Of a stretch of DNA of 17,022 nt, positions 15,112-17,022 are shown one piece after another. Position numbers and translations under genes: made by a program. The stretch lies in contig JAOZPR010000008.1 of the NCBI GenBank assembly GCA_029932645.1, forward strand, positions 10,827-27,848, read 5' to 3'. How positions within the stretch are numbered: the stretch's first letter is position 1; every line of letters starts with the position of its first letter. Under the pieces are notes generated by a model. It saw only the letters and a list, made by a program, of their open reading frames with translations. It ran no database searches and was not told the DNA's origin. This DNA is from Candidatus Aenigmatarchaeota archaeon (lineage in GTDB: Archaea > Aenigmatarchaeota > Aenigmatarchaeia > GW2011-AR5 > JAGGXF01).

Positions 15112-15807
15112 TCATACCAGAGGCAGTCTCTTAGAAATTTTTACCAGATTCTTTTGTGTGTTCATTATCATTTTTTCGACATCTTCTTTCAATTCGAACA
15201 CTCCTTTTAATGAATCAACAAGATTTTTGTTGTCCAATTCTTTAATCATAACTTCGGTTTGCTTTTTCAATACACCAATATCTCCCCTGTTTATATGCTC
15301 TTTAACAATATTCCAATCAGCGCCCTTTAACATAATAATGTCTCTTAAATCAGTTCTCCTGCCAGAATGAATCTTAAATGCAAGTAATAATTCTTTGCTA
15401 GGAATCAGGCATTCAACAGAATTTTCTATTCCAGCTATGAGTGCTTTGCTTGAGTTTTTAAAAATATAATCAAAACTCCAAGATGCATTTGTCGTTCTTG
15501 AAACCAGAGAGTTAACCAATAAATCAACACTAATAGGAAGATTATCTACTTTTTTAATATATCTTATAAATTTTCCGGCGTATTCTGCGTCAAAACCATC
15601 TTTGATTATTGATTTTTCATAGCCTTCTTTAGTTAGAATATCAGTTATTTTTTTCAAATCTTTTTTGTCTATGACTATGTCGCAATCAACAGAAAACCTG
15701 TGGTTGGCTCTGGCGCTGACAGCGTAGCCGCCAACTACTATTATCTTCAAATTCGATAGTTTTCTTATAATTTTTATTATTTCGTTCTCTCTTTCTATAA
15801 ATTTCAT
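15112..15807 (-). CDS. Nucleotidyltransferase, AbiEii/type IV toxin-like
   Basis: Pol-beta-like motif IVVGGYAV------RFSVDCDI, VDLL and C-terminal K--SGR-TD--D. ATGA overlap with the upstream wHTH gene. Confidence 0.75.
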   Translation of the reverse strand: MKFIERENEIIKIIRKLSNLKIIVVGGYAVSARANHRFSVDCDIVIDKKDLKKITDILTKEGYEKSIIKDGFDAEYAGKFIRYIKKVDNLPISVDLLVNSLVSRTTNASWSFDYIFKNSSKALIAGIENSVECLIPSKELLLAFKIHSGRRTDLRDIIMLKGADWNIVKEHINRGDIGVLKKQTEVMIKELDNKNLVDSLKGVFELKEDVEKMIMNTQKNLVKISKRLPLV

Positions 15808-16418
15808 ACCTCTCTGTACCTCACTCGCATTTTCAAGCCATACATCTCATTTAACATTTCCAAGGCTGGTTCATACTGGTATATGTTTTCTTTGCAGAAC
15901 TTGATTGTTTCATTCAAAGAATCGACAGAAAAACCATCTGTTTTTTCTACTCCGAAAGATTTTTCAGGCGCTAACACATAAAATGTCCCGAAAAAGGTTT
16001 CTCGCAAGGGCATGCCTTTTACATAGTATTTCATGTTCTCGGATTTCAACTTTTTCTTCCATTTGTTCAAGTCCCGTTTCAAAACCCTCAAGTAAATGGG
16101 ATAGAACCCGAAGAATCTACCAACTTGATAACCACCCTTTGTCCACAAGAAAACCGCGTCTGGCCCTGTAAAAGCGTGCTTCAATCCGATTTTTTTGATT
16201 AAATCATAGGCTTTCGATATGCTGACACGCTCTTTGAATAATTCTTTGGGTGAGACCACCCTGTATTTTCCCCAGCCCGCTTTTTTCAAGAACCCCTTGC
16301 TTTTCATGTCAAACAAGACCTTGTTTGGGCTGGGTGTTTGGAAGGTTGATATGAATTCCTTTACCGAAAACTCCTTTTTCCATCGCCACAAGATAATCCA
16401 CAACTCATAATATTTCAT
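15804..16418 (-). CDS. Winged-helix protein, AbiEi/type IV antitoxin-like
   Basis: N-terminal wHTH (FSVKEF...VLFDMKSKGFLKKAGWGKYRV) and AFTGPDA---WT. It is translationally coupled to the NTase gene. Confidence 0.65.
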   Translation of the reverse strand: MKYYELWIILWRWKKEFSVKEFISTFQTPSPNKVLFDMKSKGFLKKAGWGKYRVVSPKELFKERVSISKAYDLIKKIGLKHAFTGPDAVFLWTKGGYQVGRFFGFYPIYLRVLKRDLNKWKKKLKSENMKYYVKGMPLRETFFGTFYVLAPEKSFGVEKTDGFSVDSLNETIKFCKENIYQYEPALEMLNEMYGLKMRVRYREV

Positions 16419-16430
16419 GCCTCATCACAA

Positions 16431-16490
16431 TATTACTATAGCAGTAATAATTTAAATAGTTTTCTATTTATTACCATAGTGGTAATAAAT
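16431..16490. promoter_or_regulatory. Two related palindromic operators flanking the TATA box of the wHTH-NTase operon
   Basis: TATTACT-ATAGC-AGTAATA (16431-16449) and ATTTATTACCA-TAG-TGGTAATAAAT (16466-16490) share the consensus TATTACYATAGYRGTAATA. A TATA-like TTTAAA at 16451-16456 lies between them. Confidence 0.75.
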
Positions 16491-16634
16491 TGGAGAGATG
16501 AAGGTGTAGTAGGTGACTACCAGTCTATCTCTTTGTATCTGTGCTGTATGTCGGGCTATTGGTGCGCACCTTTTAGCTCAATGTTATGATAATACTAATT
16601 AAGGCAGTTGCGGACAGGAAGAGCTGAAACTTTT

Positions 16635-16660
16635 TGAAATTAAAGTATGAAATTAAAGTA
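16635..16660. repeat. 13-bp perfect tandem duplication
   Basis: TGAAATTAAAGTA x2. Confidence 0.8.
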
Positions 16661-16753
16661 TATAAGATTTCTTAAAGAGCTGCTACAGAAAAGAATCGGG
16701 CAAGCATAGAAAATGTTAAAAAGCTATCTATAGAGTATTATTCAGGTGGAATA

Positions 16754-17022
16754 TTGAAGGGAAAAATGAACGCCCTGGTTCTTACCGAAAGAGGCCTTGT
16801 TAAGAGGCGGGTTGCGGTACCAGAGATAAGTGATGATGAAGTTCTTGTCAAAATAAAGTTCGCAAGCGTCTGTGGTTCTGACTACCCTGTCCTTAATAGA
16901 CATTCTCCTGGCTTTGTCGGGTCTGTGATTGGACACGAAGGTACAGGCTTTGTTGTCGAGAAGGGCGCGAATGTTTCTGGTTTTGATATTGGAGACTTGG
17001 TTGCTATGGAATCACACCGTGC
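16754..17022 (+). CDS. Zn-dependent medium-chain dehydrogenase (threonine/alcohol/sorbitol dehydrogenase-like), 5' part, truncated by the window end
   Basis: Manual translation gives (MKGK)MNALVL...VPEISDDEVLVKIKFASVCGSD...VIGHEGTG-V---G--V-GF-IGD-VAMESHR, with catalytic Zn motifs CGSD and GHE. SD AGGTGG precedes TTG 16754, and ATG 16766 is an alternative start. Confidence 0.9.
   Translation, partial: MKGKMNALVLTERGLVKRRVAVPEISDDEVLVKIKFASVCGSDYPVLNRHSPGFVGSVIGHEGTGFVVEKGANVSGFDIGDLVAMESHR

Noticed and set aside
16517..16594. Minus-strand fragment YYHNIELKGAHQ*PDIQHRYKEIDW* faintly resembling a HepT/DUF86 toxin remnant
   Set aside because: The similarity covers only a few residues, the frame has stops, and there is no RxxxxH motif. 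It cannot be supported without a search.
16431..16660. CRISPR mini-array from the twin palindromes or the 13-bp tandem repeat
   Set aside because: Each has only two copies, with wrong repeat and spacer lengths, and there are no cas genes. Operators and a local duplication explain them better.
16742..16936. 64-aa minus-strand ORF
   Set aside because: It is antisense to the clear Zn-dehydrogenase frame, which the ORF track missed because it runs off the window.

Overview
Archaeal chromosomal window. Supporting signs are TATA/BRE promoters, GGTG-type Shine-Dalgarno sites, an archaeal-type ThrRS, aTrm56 and BHB-type tRNA introns. The compact layout suggests a DPANN-like lineage, but that is inference. 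Left part: tRNA-Pro(TGG) with a D-arm intron, a three-gene wyosine cluster (Trm5a/Taw21-like, Taw2, Taw1), a HAD hydrolase, aTrm56, an EamA transporter, an M29 aminopeptidase-like gene, a GT2 glycosyltransferase, tRNA-Gln(TTG) with a 78-nt T-loop (59/60) intron in a perfect bulge-helix-bulge, and thrS. Right part: a small multidrug-export-type membrane protein, a membrane-anchored wHTH regulator, a second HAD, a stand-alone LigD-POL-like primase-polymerase, the oapABC/arvABC GTPase operon, a dephospho-CoA kinase-PPAT fusion, an encapsulin-type ferritin tightly coupled to an 8-oxoG glycosylase, an AbiE-like wHTH/nucleotidyltransferase pair with two matching palindromic operators flanking its TATA box, and the 5' end of a Zn-dependent dehydrogenase. 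No CRISPR array or transposase was seen. All calls come from motif recognition by eye, with no database searches.
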